Shown here in pieces: positions 53,712 through 61,997 of a DNA stretch of 64,000 bases. Each line of letters begins with the position of its first letter. Within the stretch, counting starts at the first letter, position 1. The DNA is from Octopus bimaculoides. Taxonomy: Eukaryota. The position numbers and the translations under genes were made by a program. The DNA lies in the NCBI RefSeq assembly GCF_001194135.2, contig NC_068993.1, forward strand, positions 52,513,148 to 52,577,147, written 5' to 3'. A model generated the notes under the pieces. The model had not been told where the DNA came from. It was given only the letters and a program-made list of their open reading frames with translations, and did no database searches.

Positions 53712-56232
53712 CCCCTCCCTCTTTCTCTCTCCCTCTCTCTCTCACACACACTTACACTTATGACCTCTTTATATCTTATGATACCTGTGGATCTTCATCC
53801 AGAAAATGTAGGGAACCTTCCCAAATTGACCTCAATTCACACATGTCGCTATTCTATAGTTAAAAACCAATAAATCATCAGAGTCATTAGATATTGGATA
53901 AAATGTTTTGTGATGCTTGCTCCACCCATTGAAACCAAGCCAAGAATGAAACACATAAGTGAGACCTGATCCTCTAACTCCTCTAAGAGAGCAGTATTTC
54001 AAAATAAGAACTAACTCAGACCCTGTTAACAGTTCCAAGCCCCAAGCCGACATGGAAAGCAAACATAAAACAATGATAATACAATGACAAGGGTATCATA
54101 CTTCATTTTTGCTTTATAGTTTTTAGTTGTGAAATGCAATATAAAGAAATGTTCAAATATGGTCTGAACATTTCCTCTTTTGTTTATTTCTAACAGAGAC
54201 ATCATTTTGCTCAATCAATGTGTATTTTGAACACAGAGGGTTGTAATATATTTGAAAACTTACCCAGCAAGGTATAGTTGGTTTCTTTTTTATCATACTG
54301 TTTATATTTGTATTATATGCTTTAACAGTCTGTGAACATAGTTTTTAATCATCTCTCATTTACAATGTTTTTATCATATTGTAGCAATAACAAAATATTT
54401 TTTTCAAAGATCTCTTTTTTTATTTCATAAGGCTAACTACATATAAGGAAACACTTGGCAGGAATTTATATTATTGTCAATAATGGGGCATGAGAAAATT
54501 CAATGATACTGTCATTGATAACTAAAGGACACTAAAGAGTATTTCTCTACCAAACTTATTGCAATCAATTCAACTTATTTGCATTGATTTGGTAATTGAA
54601 ATTCTTATACAATAAAATAAATTGGCATAATAGGCAATAAATTATAAGATTTCAATTCATTGTTAGTAATAATTTATTTTAATTCTATCCTTGCAATCTA
54701 TGCTTGTCTTGAGATTAAGAGAACGACTCAGGTGTACATCTCAGTTTTTTATCTGCATTGCTGATGCCATCTTGGCCGTAGGTCTGTAGAATCTCAGGTG
54801 ATAATGTACAAATTCATTTATCACTTGCATCACGGTCTTCATTTTTCTTCTCCTCTTCATAAATCCTACTGCATCCAATATTATGAGTTAATTTCCAATA
54901 TAACAGCCACCTTATTTGTAGGGTCGACCACTTTGTTATATCTCTGAACCCAGCACTTGTGAACCATTGGGGTGATAACCCCTCTATACTAGCATCTTTT
55001 GACTGAAACATATAAACGAATAAAAGAATATATTTGCCTTTTCTATTTGGATTGGTATTAGATTGATAGGTTACTCTAACTCTCTTTTCTCCAGGAGCAT
55101 CCTAGACATTTAAAATTGAGGATGTCCCAATTTCTGCAGCATTTCTGTCTGGGACATCTTCTGGTCTAGTTGTATAACTTGCTCCATAATGGTCACCAAT
55201 TGATGATTCATTTATTTATTTATTTATTTTTTTTTTTTTTATAACTGTCATTCTTCCACCTTTTTTTTGTCAAAGCCACTNNNNNNNNNNCCTGGAGCTA
55301 TAGTAGATAACATTTGCCCAAAGTGCCACACAGTGGTACTGAACCTGAAAACATGTGGTTGCAAAGTGAGCTTTTTTAACCACATAGCCATGCCTGCTGA
55401 AATAGAATCATGCTTGGTTTTTAAGACCATCAGAGAATTGAGCAGATGATCATACTCAATTCTGAGTGGTAAGCTACACTTCAATAGAGTATCACACGCA
55501 ACTTTAAATTATGGCCTAGATTAATTAATAAGGGAAATAGGCAACCATCGTTTGTGTAGCTGACCCTTTTGTACTAAAGTTCTTTAATTTATTTGTGTCC
55601 ATGAAGACCATGCTGGAGCACTACCTTTGTAATAGTGATAATTATTTCTTCTGATCCTCTAATATGTTGTTTTTCTCATTTTGCCAGCAATACACCAGAG
55701 TGTTAGACTTGATGAGGGATATTATCCTTGCCACAGATTTGGCTCATCATCTTCGGATTCTGAAAGATCTTGAAAAGATGGTCACAGGTATAGTACACTA
55801 GTTGTTATTACTACTTCCATCGGTGGCGAGTTTTAGTCTGCTTTTGAAAACTAGTTTAAGGCATGAGCTTACACCATATTTCCCTGATTAAAGAGCTAGC
55901 ATTTTGAGTTCAGATCTCATCCTGTGTATATTTGACTGATTGTTCTTGTAAATATGTATCGGTATGTGTTGGGGAATCCTCTTCAATGGCTTGCACATTT
56001 AAACACATGTGTCATTCTTTGTCCATCTGTGTGTGTGTGCATCTATCTGTCTGTGTACATGATTGTGTGTGTGTGTATATATATATAATATAAATATATA
56101 GATATATGCATATATCCATACATATATGTACATACCTACATGTACATATATGTATGGATATATGTATATATCTATATATTTATATTATTATATGATCTAA
56201 TGCCACACATCCTTTTCCAAGTAAGTTTTATA

Positions 56233-56269
<37 letters not shown>

Positions 56270-58809
56270 ATATGGAGGTGTATCTATGCTTGCATATTGA
56301 TTTTCTACTCAAGTATGCACACCTTGTGTATGTATGTCAATTCTTCAAAAATTATTCTTTTTTGTAATTAGTAACAGAACTGTAACCTAGATACATAGAT
56401 AAATAGAAAAGACTTTCTTTATTGAATATTTTACATTGCAAAAGAATGTAAAGTTAAAATAACAAATCCTTTACATAAAATGTATATATTTTTGTATTGA
56501 ATACAACCGATAAAAAGATTAAAAAAAAAAATTAAAAGCTGAAGTCCCAGCTGAGCCAAGTCCAATGACTGATTGAAACCAAATATATCATTCAGAAATA
56601 ACAAGAAGGATGGAGGATAAAATAAATAAAATATTTATTCAGTAAAGCACATTCGGTGACAAAATAACAGTTAAATTAAACAGGAAGTGGCCCTGTTAAT
56701 ACTCGATCATATATCTACAAGTTGATTTCATCTACTTGTTTAATATTTTTTTATATTAGTATCTAGTTTTAGGGATGTTGACATCAAAATTAGGATCAAC
56801 ATTGCTTAACTTTTTGTCACCATATTTCCATTGAAACAGTCTGCCTTTGTTTCAATTAATGAAGGATTTAGTAGAACATTTTATCATTATTTAGCTGGCA
56901 TTTCAGGTGGCAAGCTGGCAGAATCATTAGCACACTGGGTGAAATGTTTAGCAGCATTTTGTTCATCTTAGGGCATCAAGGGAAGGAGGGGGCACCACAG
57001 AAATGGTAAATGGTTTACGGCACAAAAGAAATCACTTTAAATTTGCTAAAATAATATTCAGGTTGCCTTTATTTCTACTAAGTATAGATGGAGATGTGTT
57101 ACCTAAGATTAATTTTGAGGATCTGATCAAAGGCTTTGCAATTCAAAAAAGTAGGAGGAAACTTTTCAAATATAAATTAAGTGGAAATATACAAAAATAA
57201 ACATTATTTTCCCTCTTGATGTTTTGTTTCGTTTTGAAAAATAAAAATCTATTTTATGGTTTGTTATTGTTTACATTTTGAATTACATAATCTTTTATGG
57301 GGGGGCACCAAAATCTCGTAAGTGCTTAGGGCCTCGATGGGTCTTAATCTGGCCCTGCTGTGGTTGATGTAATCAACTTACCACCTCCACCAAAATTGCT
57401 GACCCCATGCTAAAATTTGAAACCATTATTAAGCTGACATTTGAAACATGCTGTTACATAAGGTTTTAATTTATATCACTCTAATACAGGAAGTTTGTAT
57501 CATAGTACCAATAGGCTGATATCAAAAGGGTTAAAAGCATAATGGTGAAGAATAAGTTTAGTAATGCATCTAACAGCTTGTGCATGTGTGTGTATGTTTT
57601 TTGTGTGTACTTTGTTTAAAAAAACATCCTTGTTATGTGAAATGGAGATTTTATTTGAAGTTTATAAAAAAATATGCTTGTAAAATGGAACACTTGTAGG
57701 CAGCTCACAAATTTCATACACTATTAGACTGCTAAAAATGCTAAGCTGCACTTTTAGTGCCACATAATATTCCTGTTCTGTATAGCTACTAAAATTTTAC
57801 TGTATTATTTGTTCATCCATGTCCTTAATGACTAACTGTTACATCTCTGTGTCTTTCTTTCTATTGTAGAAGGGTACGATAAAAATAGTCGTAAGCATCA
57901 CAAAATGTTACTCTGTCTACTGATGACATCCTGTGACTTATCTGACCAAACCAAGTGTTGGGGAGTGACTAAACATATCGCTGTAAGTACACACATCATT
58001 CAGAATAATAACATTACCATCTTGATTTGTTTCTGCTGTTTTTTTTTTTTTTTGGGGGGGGGGGTTCTAGTTATTTTCTTTTATCATAATTACAACACCT
58101 TCCTGATTATATAATCAGATCAGCAATTTTGAGAGGAGGGAGTTTGTCAAGTACATCAATCCCAGTACTAGTCTGGTACTTTATTCATCAATCCTAGATA
58201 AACAACAGGCAAAATTGACCTTCGTTTTGAAATTGGAACATAAAGAATCAAAACAAATACTAGGAAACATTCCTCTCAATGTTCTAACCATCCTGCCAAT
58301 CCACCATCTCCACAACCACCACCACCACTACCACCTTTTTTCTTTTTTTTTTATTATTCTTGCTCATTATTTTAACATCAGTTCAGTTCAGAAATTTTAG
58401 TCTTATATTTTCTCTATGTCTATCATTTTCATCAACTCATTTTCCTGATATCCATTTCACAATACCTTTATTTTACAAAAAAAAAAAAAAGAAAAAGAGG
58501 GAAACCAATCAATTTTAGATTATGGAATGTCTCCTAAATTTTGAAAAAAAATCCACAAAACCTTTTTAGATTTTTCTCTTTCCATTTGTCCTTTGGGAAG
58601 CAAAACTCTATATTTCATCAATATTATGTTTGAACAGGTATAATTTTTTTACAAGCTGTTCAACGATAAACAGTATTCAACAAATGCAAATAAAACATGT
58701 CTCATACCATTAGGTACTACAATAAAATATTGCAACCAAACCGAGCAAAGGAAAACATGCAATTTCTGAAATATAGAGTTGTGTGCCTGGAGAAAAACAT
58801 TGTACACCA

Positions 58810-58857
<48 letters not shown>

Positions 58858-61121
58858 TCAGAGTAGACAGGAAGAAAAGATAAATAGATAGATATGTAGA
58901 CAGACAGACAGATAGATTGTTATACCTTGTATATCTCAGTTACAACATGTGTATCCTATCTCATCTTGCAATAAGAGACAACTATAAAGGTTGGTATCAA
59001 GAACATCTTTAATTTATAGAAGTAAGAGAGTCTATGGGTTCTGAGGACCCTCTTGGTGTTGACATAGAAGGTTTGTAAATGGATAGTTTCTTATTTCAAG
59101 AATAACTCATAGGTGTACATTAGAAGGAAGAAACTTTGGAATGAATCGCTTTTAGGTTGAGTGAAACATTTGTAATATCTAATATGCATACACACACACA
59201 CACACACAGATACAGATATAAAAGCCAGAGAATTGAACCAGTAAATAGATGGAAGAAATGTAATAAAATATAGAAACATTACTGGACAATTGTTAGAAGA
59301 AACATAGAAAATTGAAATCATAAAATCATATACCTTGTTCAGAATTTTCAAAGACTGACATGTTTAAATCTTTGTTTTTTCCTTTATCATTCAAATGTTA
59401 TACTTATTTATTCACATTCTTTTGAATTAATCATGTGTTTTGCTGCTTCAAGATTTCAATGATATGATCATTTATTTTTACTATGATATTGTAGGCTGTG
59501 TATGAAAGGCCAGTTATAACCATTCAAATACTAAAGGGTTAATAAAAATGAGTGGGTTTTAAGGAAATATCTAATACTTGAATAACTTCCAGTAGCTTCA
59601 TTAATCCTTTAGCATTCAAACCGGCCATATCCAGCCAAAGTATTCAACTTGTTTTATGTTGAAACTGACCAGATCCAGCCTCTCACCTCAACCCTACAAT
59701 GTCATTCTAAAACTAAACAATCACATCATTGAAATCTCTAAACTACAAGATAATGCATGATTAATTCAAAACAATATAAATAGATAGATACTATATTTGA
59801 CAAAGGACTCTGAATATTAAAGGGTTAATATTATGTTGTCTTTCCTAGGGACTGATTTACCAGGAATTCTTCTCTCAGGGTGACCTTGAGAAAGCTCTGG
59901 GTCACAAACCAATTGAAATGATGGACCGAGAGCGTGCTAAGATCCCAGAACAACAAATTAGTTTTCTAGATAATATTGCTTTGCCAGTTTTCAAGTAAGT
60001 ATAAATATCATTGTGTCAATGTTATTGTATATCAGTCTCTTTTATTCACATATAATGTCAAAGTTCTTGCTGTGTATCACAGTGTTACAATGGTACATCA
60101 GTGTACCAGTAATGTAATGGGGTACAATCAGGGACACAGCTAGGATAAATGGCGCCCAGGGCAAGCATCAAAACTGCACCCCTTCACCTATTCCAACCAA
60201 AAAGCAGCGCATGCATTTTGTGAAGTCAAACAAGGACACCTATTCAGTCTAGTGGCATGGATGGTGATAAGCAAAACAAACCATGCCTGGAAAGGTTTTA
60301 GAATCTTTTTTAACGGCTTAATTAGAAAATTATGTTGGCCAAAATTGCATCAACCTCAAAGTGGAGCCCAAGGCATGTGCCCAGCTTGCCCCACCCTAGC
60401 TACACCCCTAGGTACATTTATCATCTTATTGTGATAAATCACTATCTCAAGACACAAGTCCTGGCAAAATTGTTTGTGGAATACCAGCCTGCCCTCTCCA
60501 TGCCACCAATGTTATCCAAGAGAAAGGCAAAGGCCAATACAGCTTGGCACCAGTGACATCACAACTCATTTTCTACACCTGAGTGAACTGGAGCAATGTG
60601 AAATAAAGTGTCTTGTGCAAGAACACAACACACATCCTGGTCCAGGAATCAAACCCACAACCTCATGACTGTAAGCCCGACACTCTAACCACTGAGCCAT
60701 GTGCTTTCATATCACTATCTCACTGTCCATATTATCAATGTGTCACATGAAACCATTTGCCTGTAACTGAACTTGCTAAGCTTGTATGCAAGTGGCAATA
60801 CATACTTATATACATCTAATACATATTGTATGTGTGTACATGTATAAGAATTAATATCTGCCAATGCACATACTATGTGTACCTATATTAAATCTTATAT
60901 CGTCACCATTGTTTTAACATCTTACTTTTGCATACTTGCATGAGTTAGACAGTACTTCTTTGAGACAAAATTTTCTATGGTCCGATTCCTGTTATAAATG
61001 CCAACACTCATCTGTTTGTAAGCAAGGTAATAATTTCACCACTGCATTGAATAACAAACAATCTGAACATGCCTTTGAGCATGTATGTGTATACTTAAAT
61101 ACATATGTATATGTATGTGCA

Positions 61122-61153
<32 letters not shown>

Positions 61154-61930
61154 NNNNNNNNNNNNNNNNNNNNNNNNNNNNNNNNNNNNNNNNNNNNNNN
61201 NNNNNNNNNNNNNNNNNNNNNNNNNNNNNNNNNNNNNNNNNNNNNNNNNNNNNNNNNNNNNNNNNNNNNNNNNNNNNNNNNNNNNNNNNNNNNNNNNNNN
61301 NNNNNNNNNNNNNNATTTAGTACAAATCTTTATTCAACATGACAATCATTTTAACCCATCCTGCAGCTGTCCCTTATGGGTAGAATATTGTGCACCAAGT
61401 TGTGTTGCATCAATCATATATATATTTATATTTGCTTGTGTGTGTGTGTGTGGGTGCATGCACATACATATAGGTATTTGTACAGATAAGTTTATACTTT
61501 TGAACTTTTGATATCACAGAAATTCCTCATATATCTATACTTGCACCCATTTTAAGACATATATTTTAATTCTAGGAGAGGCTTCCCCTTGAATCACCCT
61601 AATTTCGTTTCCTCCATATGCATGTTCTTTTTGCATTGGTGATATTTTTTTATGTATATTCATAAATGTAAATGTTTTTACCAAATAAATTGCACTTCAT
61701 GTTTCATTTCTGTAACATTTATATAAACAATTCTATGATCTTTTCTATTTTACAGTGTTCTAGCAAGAATGTTTAGTGAATGTAAAGAGTGTGAAGAAGC
61801 CGTGTATGCCAACCGGCACCGCTGGGAGAGGATCTGTCAGGTGCTTAAGGACCGTGACCGAATGCCGATTGATGAAGTTCTTGCCCTGGATTTTGACAGT
61901 AATGGAGATATTATAGGATTAAATAAGTAG
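5445..61930 (+). CDS. PDE2A: PDE2-family cGMP-stimulated 3',5'-cyclic nucleotide phosphodiesterase, 5'-partial. Join: 5445-5575,7257-7368,8821-8860,11496-11559,13030-13111,14279-14339,16693-16774,18885-18919,21079-21194,(29126-29203 OR 29308-29385),48955-49074,50034-50104,51079-51201,51678-51765,53102-53149,54197-54271,55688-55787,57870-57982,59849-59994,61756-61930
   Basis: Manual splicing gives 1860 nt with continuous phase and no internal stop. Two GAF NK..F..D(D/E) motifs are present, plus the PDE signatures [50 protein letters not shown] and EQQISF. Segments such as [47 protein letters not shown] and [15 protein letters not shown] match vertebrate PDE2A as I recall it, rather than PDE5/6/10/11. 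Confidence 0.95.
6055..6350 (-). mobile_element. Young RTE-like LINE 3' tail or derived SINE (family C) ending in (GAT)n; near-identical copy at 29923-30087
   Basis: (CAT)n, then the palindrome CCATGCTAGCATGG, then CTGGATGCCCTTCCTAACGCCAACC. ORFs 6135 and 29995 share [30 protein letters not shown], which shows repeat identity and is not a gene. Confidence 0.8.
7257..7368 (+). CDS. PDE2A: PDE2 exon E2: (R)[37 protein letters not shown]
   Basis: Acceptor ttccattcag, donor AAA|gtaagt; 112 nt, phase 2/0. Confidence 0.95.
8821..8860 (+). CDS. PDE2A: PDE2 exon E3: [13 protein letters not shown](D)
   Basis: Acceptor tttcatcag, donor G|gtaagt; 40 nt, phase 0/1. Confidence 0.95.
10368..10690 (+). 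mobile_element. tRNA-derived SINE (family D), well preserved, A-rich tail
   Basis: A-box TGGCCCAGTGGTTAGG and B-box GTTTCGATTCCC, A-rich 3' end; related heads at 10-90, 15046-15385 (+) and 12560-12890, 17570-17710, 19310-19590, 60480-60710 (-). Confidence 0.85.
11496..11559 (+). CDS. PDE2A: PDE2 exon E4: (D)[20 protein letters not shown](R)
   Basis: Acceptor tttttccag, donor AG|gtgagg; 64 nt, phase 1/2. Confidence 0.95.
13030..13111 (+). CDS. PDE2A: PDE2 exon E5, GAF-B: (R)[27 protein letters not shown]
   Basis: Acceptor ttattacag, donor GAG|gtgaga; 82 nt, phase 2/0; also visible inside ORF 12983-13237. Confidence 0.95.
14279..14339 (+). CDS. PDE2A: PDE2 exon E6, GAF-B: [20 protein letters not shown](G)
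   Basis: Acceptor catttctag, donor G|gtaaat; 61 nt, phase 0/1; GIAGHVA cyclic-phosphate-binding motif. Confidence 0.95.
14771..14856 (+). repeat. Long inverted repeat (41-position stem, 4-nt loop GCTA)
   Basis: 36 WC pairs, 2 G.U and 3 mismatches; extends imperfectly to about 14757-14868. Confidence 0.9.
15046..15385 (+). mobile_element. tRNA-derived SINE (GAGGCACATGGCTCAGTGGTTAGAG head, CTTGAGCAAGACACTTTATTTCAC core)
   Basis: Reverse-complement match to 12560-12890 and 60480-60710. Confidence 0.85.
16693..16774 (+). CDS. PDE2A: PDE2 exon E7, GAF-B: (G)[26 protein letters not shown](R)
   Basis: Acceptor cttcaacag, donor CG|gtaagt; 82 nt, phase 1/2. Confidence 0.95.
17777..17927. mobile_element. 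hAT-Charlie-type MITE with 8-bp TSD
   Basis: Termini (CA)GTGGTTCTCAAC..GAACCACTG; flanks CTCTAGAT (17769-17776) and CTCTATAT (17928-17935), fitting the NTCTAGAN Charlie target. Confidence 0.75.
18885..18919 (+). CDS. PDE2A: PDE2 exon E8 (35-nt small exon): (R)[11 protein letters not shown](G)
   Basis: Acceptor taatttcag, donor G|gtaatt; phase 2/1 exactly bridges E7 and E9. Confidence 0.93.
20265..20555. mobile_element. Foldback MITE with about 90-bp terminal inverted repeats
   Basis: 20265-20354 is about 90% reverse-complementary to 20464-20555 (e.g. GTTACTGTTGTTTAG.CCCAGGAAACATCGTTTCCAG). Confidence 0.85.
20707..20863. repeat. Tandem duplication, 2 x about 82 bp
   Basis: TAGTTGAAAGGACAAGCTGA..CATCTACA repeated at 20707 and 20789. 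Confidence 0.85.
21079..21194 (+). CDS. PDE2A: PDE2 exon E9, end of GAF-B: (G)[38 protein letters not shown]
   Basis: Acceptor attctatag, donor CAT|gtgagt; 116 nt, phase 1/0; NK..F..DE motif. Confidence 0.95.
21690..21950 (+). mobile_element. Degenerate RTE/BovB-type LINE C-terminal remnant
   Basis: Peptides AQDHPAWK (AQDRxxWR-like) and [20 protein letters not shown], resembling the RTE terminal C2H2-like motif CxxCxRxFxxRIGLISHxRxH. Confidence 0.6.
23360..23938. other. Assembly gap (N run) in the intron upstream of the E10a/E10b pair; others at 1820-2174, 7649-8368, 28600-28609, 34122-34252, 38072-38444, 46074-46252, 47513-47539, 55281-55290, 61154-61315, 61998-62453
   Basis: Runs of N, mostly flanked by (TA)n, suggesting collapsed microsatellites. 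Confidence 0.99.
25714..26077 (+). mobile_element. Non-autonomous Helentron/HINE (DINE-1-like) element
   Basis: 5' CCTCCACC with hairpin CTCCACCTT-agca-AAGGTGGAG, internal TTTGTTTG repeat and GGATGGATT..ATGAAACTTTCAG block, 3' sub-TIR GGCAGAGG, then GCTCTTGTT into a TTA array. Family assignment is from recalled architecture. Confidence 0.55.
26126..26293 (-). mobile_element. Second RLE-retrotransposon 3' end ([24 protein letters not shown] plus 3' UTR) running into (AAT)n
   Basis: Minus-strand codons 26293-26219 give the xLQKxxLxGTxxIxRxVL terminal motif; (TTA)n array at 26078-26125. Confidence 0.65.
26407..26725 (-). mobile_element. Restriction-like endonuclease (RLE) C-terminus of an R4/Dong/NeSL-type non-LTR retrotransposon, 5'-truncated
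   Basis: [62 protein letters not shown] is typical of the PD-(D/E)xK RLE tail; flanked by (TTA)n/(TTG)n/(TAG)n. Confidence 0.8.
28112..28205. repeat. Minisatellite, 3 units of CACCTCACACATAGACATGCATGATCA(CATGCAA)
   Basis: Direct reading; two units contain TGCATG. Confidence 0.85.
29126..29203 (+). CDS. PDE2A: PDE2 exon E10a (GAF-B to catalytic linker helix, variant a): [26 protein letters not shown]
   Basis: Acceptor catcttttccag, donor AAG|gtaacc; 78 nt, phase 0/0; about 16/26 identical to the equivalent vertebrate PDE2A segment as recalled ([26 protein letters not shown]). Confidence 0.93.
29249..29254 (+). promoter_or_regulatory. RBFOX-type splicing element UGCAUG in the 104-nt intron between E10a and E10b
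   Basis: Exact TGCATG hexamer 46 nt downstream of the E10a donor and 53 nt upstream of E10b. Function is inferred; the hexamer is common in this genome. Confidence 0.45.
29308..29385 (+). CDS. PDE2A: PDE2 exon E10b (paralogous linker helix, variant b): [26 protein letters not shown]
   Basis: Strong acceptor tttttttcttgttacag, donor CAG|gttggc; 78 nt, phase 0/0; 14/26 aa identical to E10a with no gaps. Confidence 0.9.
29485..29703 (+). mobile_element. SINE family A, about 100 nt downstream of the E10b donor
   Basis: Full head, core and tail matching 4891-5101. Confidence 0.9.
29923..30087 (-). mobile_element. Family C RTE-like tail copy
   Basis: Only about 4 substitutions versus 6060-6225. 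Confidence 0.8.
33093..33162 (+). ncRNA. Candidate intronic pre-miRNA-like hairpin
   Basis: Bulge-free register; 23 of 30 positions paired, including a perfect 10-bp TGTTCTATGC/GCATAGAACA apical stem and a 10-nt loop. G.U pairs favour the + (host gene) strand. No expression evidence. Confidence 0.3.
34750..35140 (+). mobile_element. Degenerate RTE LINE reverse-transcriptase C-terminal remnant
   Basis: [33 protein letters not shown] (LEVVDSFxYLG..GGCSESI.ARIR..W-like) and [17 protein letters not shown], with stops and frameshifts. Confidence 0.7.
36812..38071 (+). mobile_element. Probable non-autonomous Helitron-like element (CpG-rich, internal microsatellites and direct repeats), right end runs into a gap
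   Basis: 3' block ATTTTTCACACGAATCCACCCAGCCATTTGGCCGTGAA resembles the TTTCATCAAAATCGG.CCAGCCGTTT.GCCGTGAA ends of non-autonomous Helitrons; tandem GGAACTTTCC units at the left end; about 45-nt internal direct repeat. Confidence 0.45.
36823..36980. repeat. Degenerate tandem array of about 6 units containing (G/T)GAACTTTCCAGGAA
   Basis: GGAACTTTCC at 36823, 36905 and 36971; TGAACTTTCC at 36937; variants at 36851 and 36877. Confidence 0.85.
41040..41700 (-). mobile_element. Degenerate RTE LINE reverse-transcriptase remnant with (GAT)n tail
   Basis: Minus-strand peptide [45 protein letters not shown] matches the RT QFGF / F.D..KAFD.V motifs. Confidence 0.8.
43472..43791. mobile_element. hAT-Charlie-type MITE (same family; opposite-orientation copy at 24581-24837)
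   Basis: TIRs CAGGGGTTCTCAACC / GGTTGAGAATCACTG; internal sequence shared with 17777 and 24581. Confidence 0.75.
48697..48910 (+). mobile_element. SINE family A ending about 45 nt upstream of E11
   Basis: GTTCAAATTCCGTCGAGGTCAACTTTGCCTTTCATCCTTTC core. Confidence 0.85.
48955..49074 (+). CDS. PDE2A: PDE2 exon E11, start of catalytic domain: [40 protein letters not shown]
   Basis: Acceptor gtgcgatag, donor AAG|gtaaga; 120 nt, phase 0/0. Confidence 0.92.
50034..50104 (+). CDS. PDE2A: PDE2 exon E12: [23 protein letters not shown](R)
   Basis: Acceptor ttttacag, donor AG|gtaggt; 71 nt, phase 0/2. Confidence 0.93.
51079..51201 (+). CDS. PDE2A: PDE2 exon E13: (R)[40 protein letters not shown](D)
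   Basis: Acceptor gtttttag, donor GA|gtaagt; 123 nt, phase 2/2; catalytic HNxxH motif. Confidence 0.97.
51678..51765 (+). CDS. PDE2A: PDE2 exon E14: (D)[29 protein letters not shown]
   Basis: Acceptor ctttcag, donor TCA|gtaagt; 88 nt, phase 2/0; HDxDHxGxxN PDE signature. Confidence 0.97.
51865..52110 (-). mobile_element. SINE family A, reverse, about 100 nt downstream of E14 (further reverse copies at about 52292-52510 and 58125-58275)
   Basis: Near-identical to 2952-3193. Confidence 0.9.
53102..53149 (+). CDS. PDE2A: PDE2 exon E15 (H-loop): [16 protein letters not shown]
   Basis: Acceptor taatttcag, donor GAG|gtaagc; 48 nt, phase 0/0. Confidence 0.95.
53624..53706. repeat. (CT)n microsatellite
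   Basis: Direct reading. Many other (TA)n, (CA)n, (CAT)n, (TTA)n and (GGT)n arrays occur, e.g. 11729-11780, 25067-25143, 25660-25716, 39228-39340, 39640-39800. Confidence 0.97.
54197..54271 (+). CDS. PDE2A: PDE2 exon E16: [25 protein letters not shown]
   Basis: Acceptor ttctaacag, donor AAG|gtatag; 75 nt, phase 0/0. Confidence 0.95.
55688..55787 (+). CDS. PDE2A: PDE2 exon E17: [33 protein letters not shown](E)
   Basis: Acceptor ttttgccag, donor AG|gtatag; 100 nt, phase 0/1; ATDL motif. Confidence 0.96.
56969..57357 (+). mobile_element. Non-autonomous hAT derivative carrying a transposase C-terminal dimerisation-domain remnant; inserted into a SINE. Other copies at about 6895-7085 and 15790-16089
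   Basis: Termini TAGGGC..CTTAATCTGGCCCTG; peptide [35 protein letters not shown] resembles the hATC motif RL..LALLSIE..I....DFDDII..FA..K.RR. Confidence 0.75.
57870..57982 (+). CDS. PDE2A: PDE2 exon E18: (E)[37 protein letters not shown]
   Basis: Acceptor ctattgtag, donor GCT|gtaagt; 113 nt, phase 1/0; metal-binding Asp in SCDLS. Confidence 0.96.
59601..59828. mobile_element. piggyBac-like MITE (TTAA-CCCTTT..AAAGGG-TTAA); relatives at 9068-9295 and about 59370-59541 in the opposite orientation
   Basis: TTAA at both ends plus CCCTTTA/TAAAGGG termini; shared internal TTTTGAATTAATCATGCATTATCT..GAGATTTCAATGAT block. Confidence 0.7.
59849..59994 (+). CDS. PDE2A: PDE2 exon E19: [48 protein letters not shown](N)
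   Basis: Acceptor tttcctag, donor AA|gtaagt; 146 nt, phase 0/2; carries the invariant substrate-specificity Gln (Q-I-S-F). Confidence 0.96.
60129..60410. mobile_element. hAT-like MITE with 8-bp TSD
   Basis: TIRs CAGGGACACAGCTAGG / CCTAGCTACACCCCTA; flanks GGTACAAT (60121-60128) and GGTACATT (60411-60418). Confidence 0.7.
61756..61930 (+). CDS. PDE2A: PDE2 exon E20 (probable last coding exon): (N)[57 protein letters not shown]
   Basis: Acceptor attttacag, phase 2; N..W C-terminal helix motif; in-frame TAG at 61928-61930. Confidence 0.88.
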
Positions 61931-61961
61931 ATCAACATCACAACATATATATATATATAGG

Positions 61962-61997
<36 letters not shown>

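Noticed and set aside
55118-55161. 12-bp inverted repeat GAGGATGTCCCA/TGGGACATCTTC
   Set aside because: Short stem with a 20-nt loop within probable old TE sequence; not clearly above chance in 64 kb.
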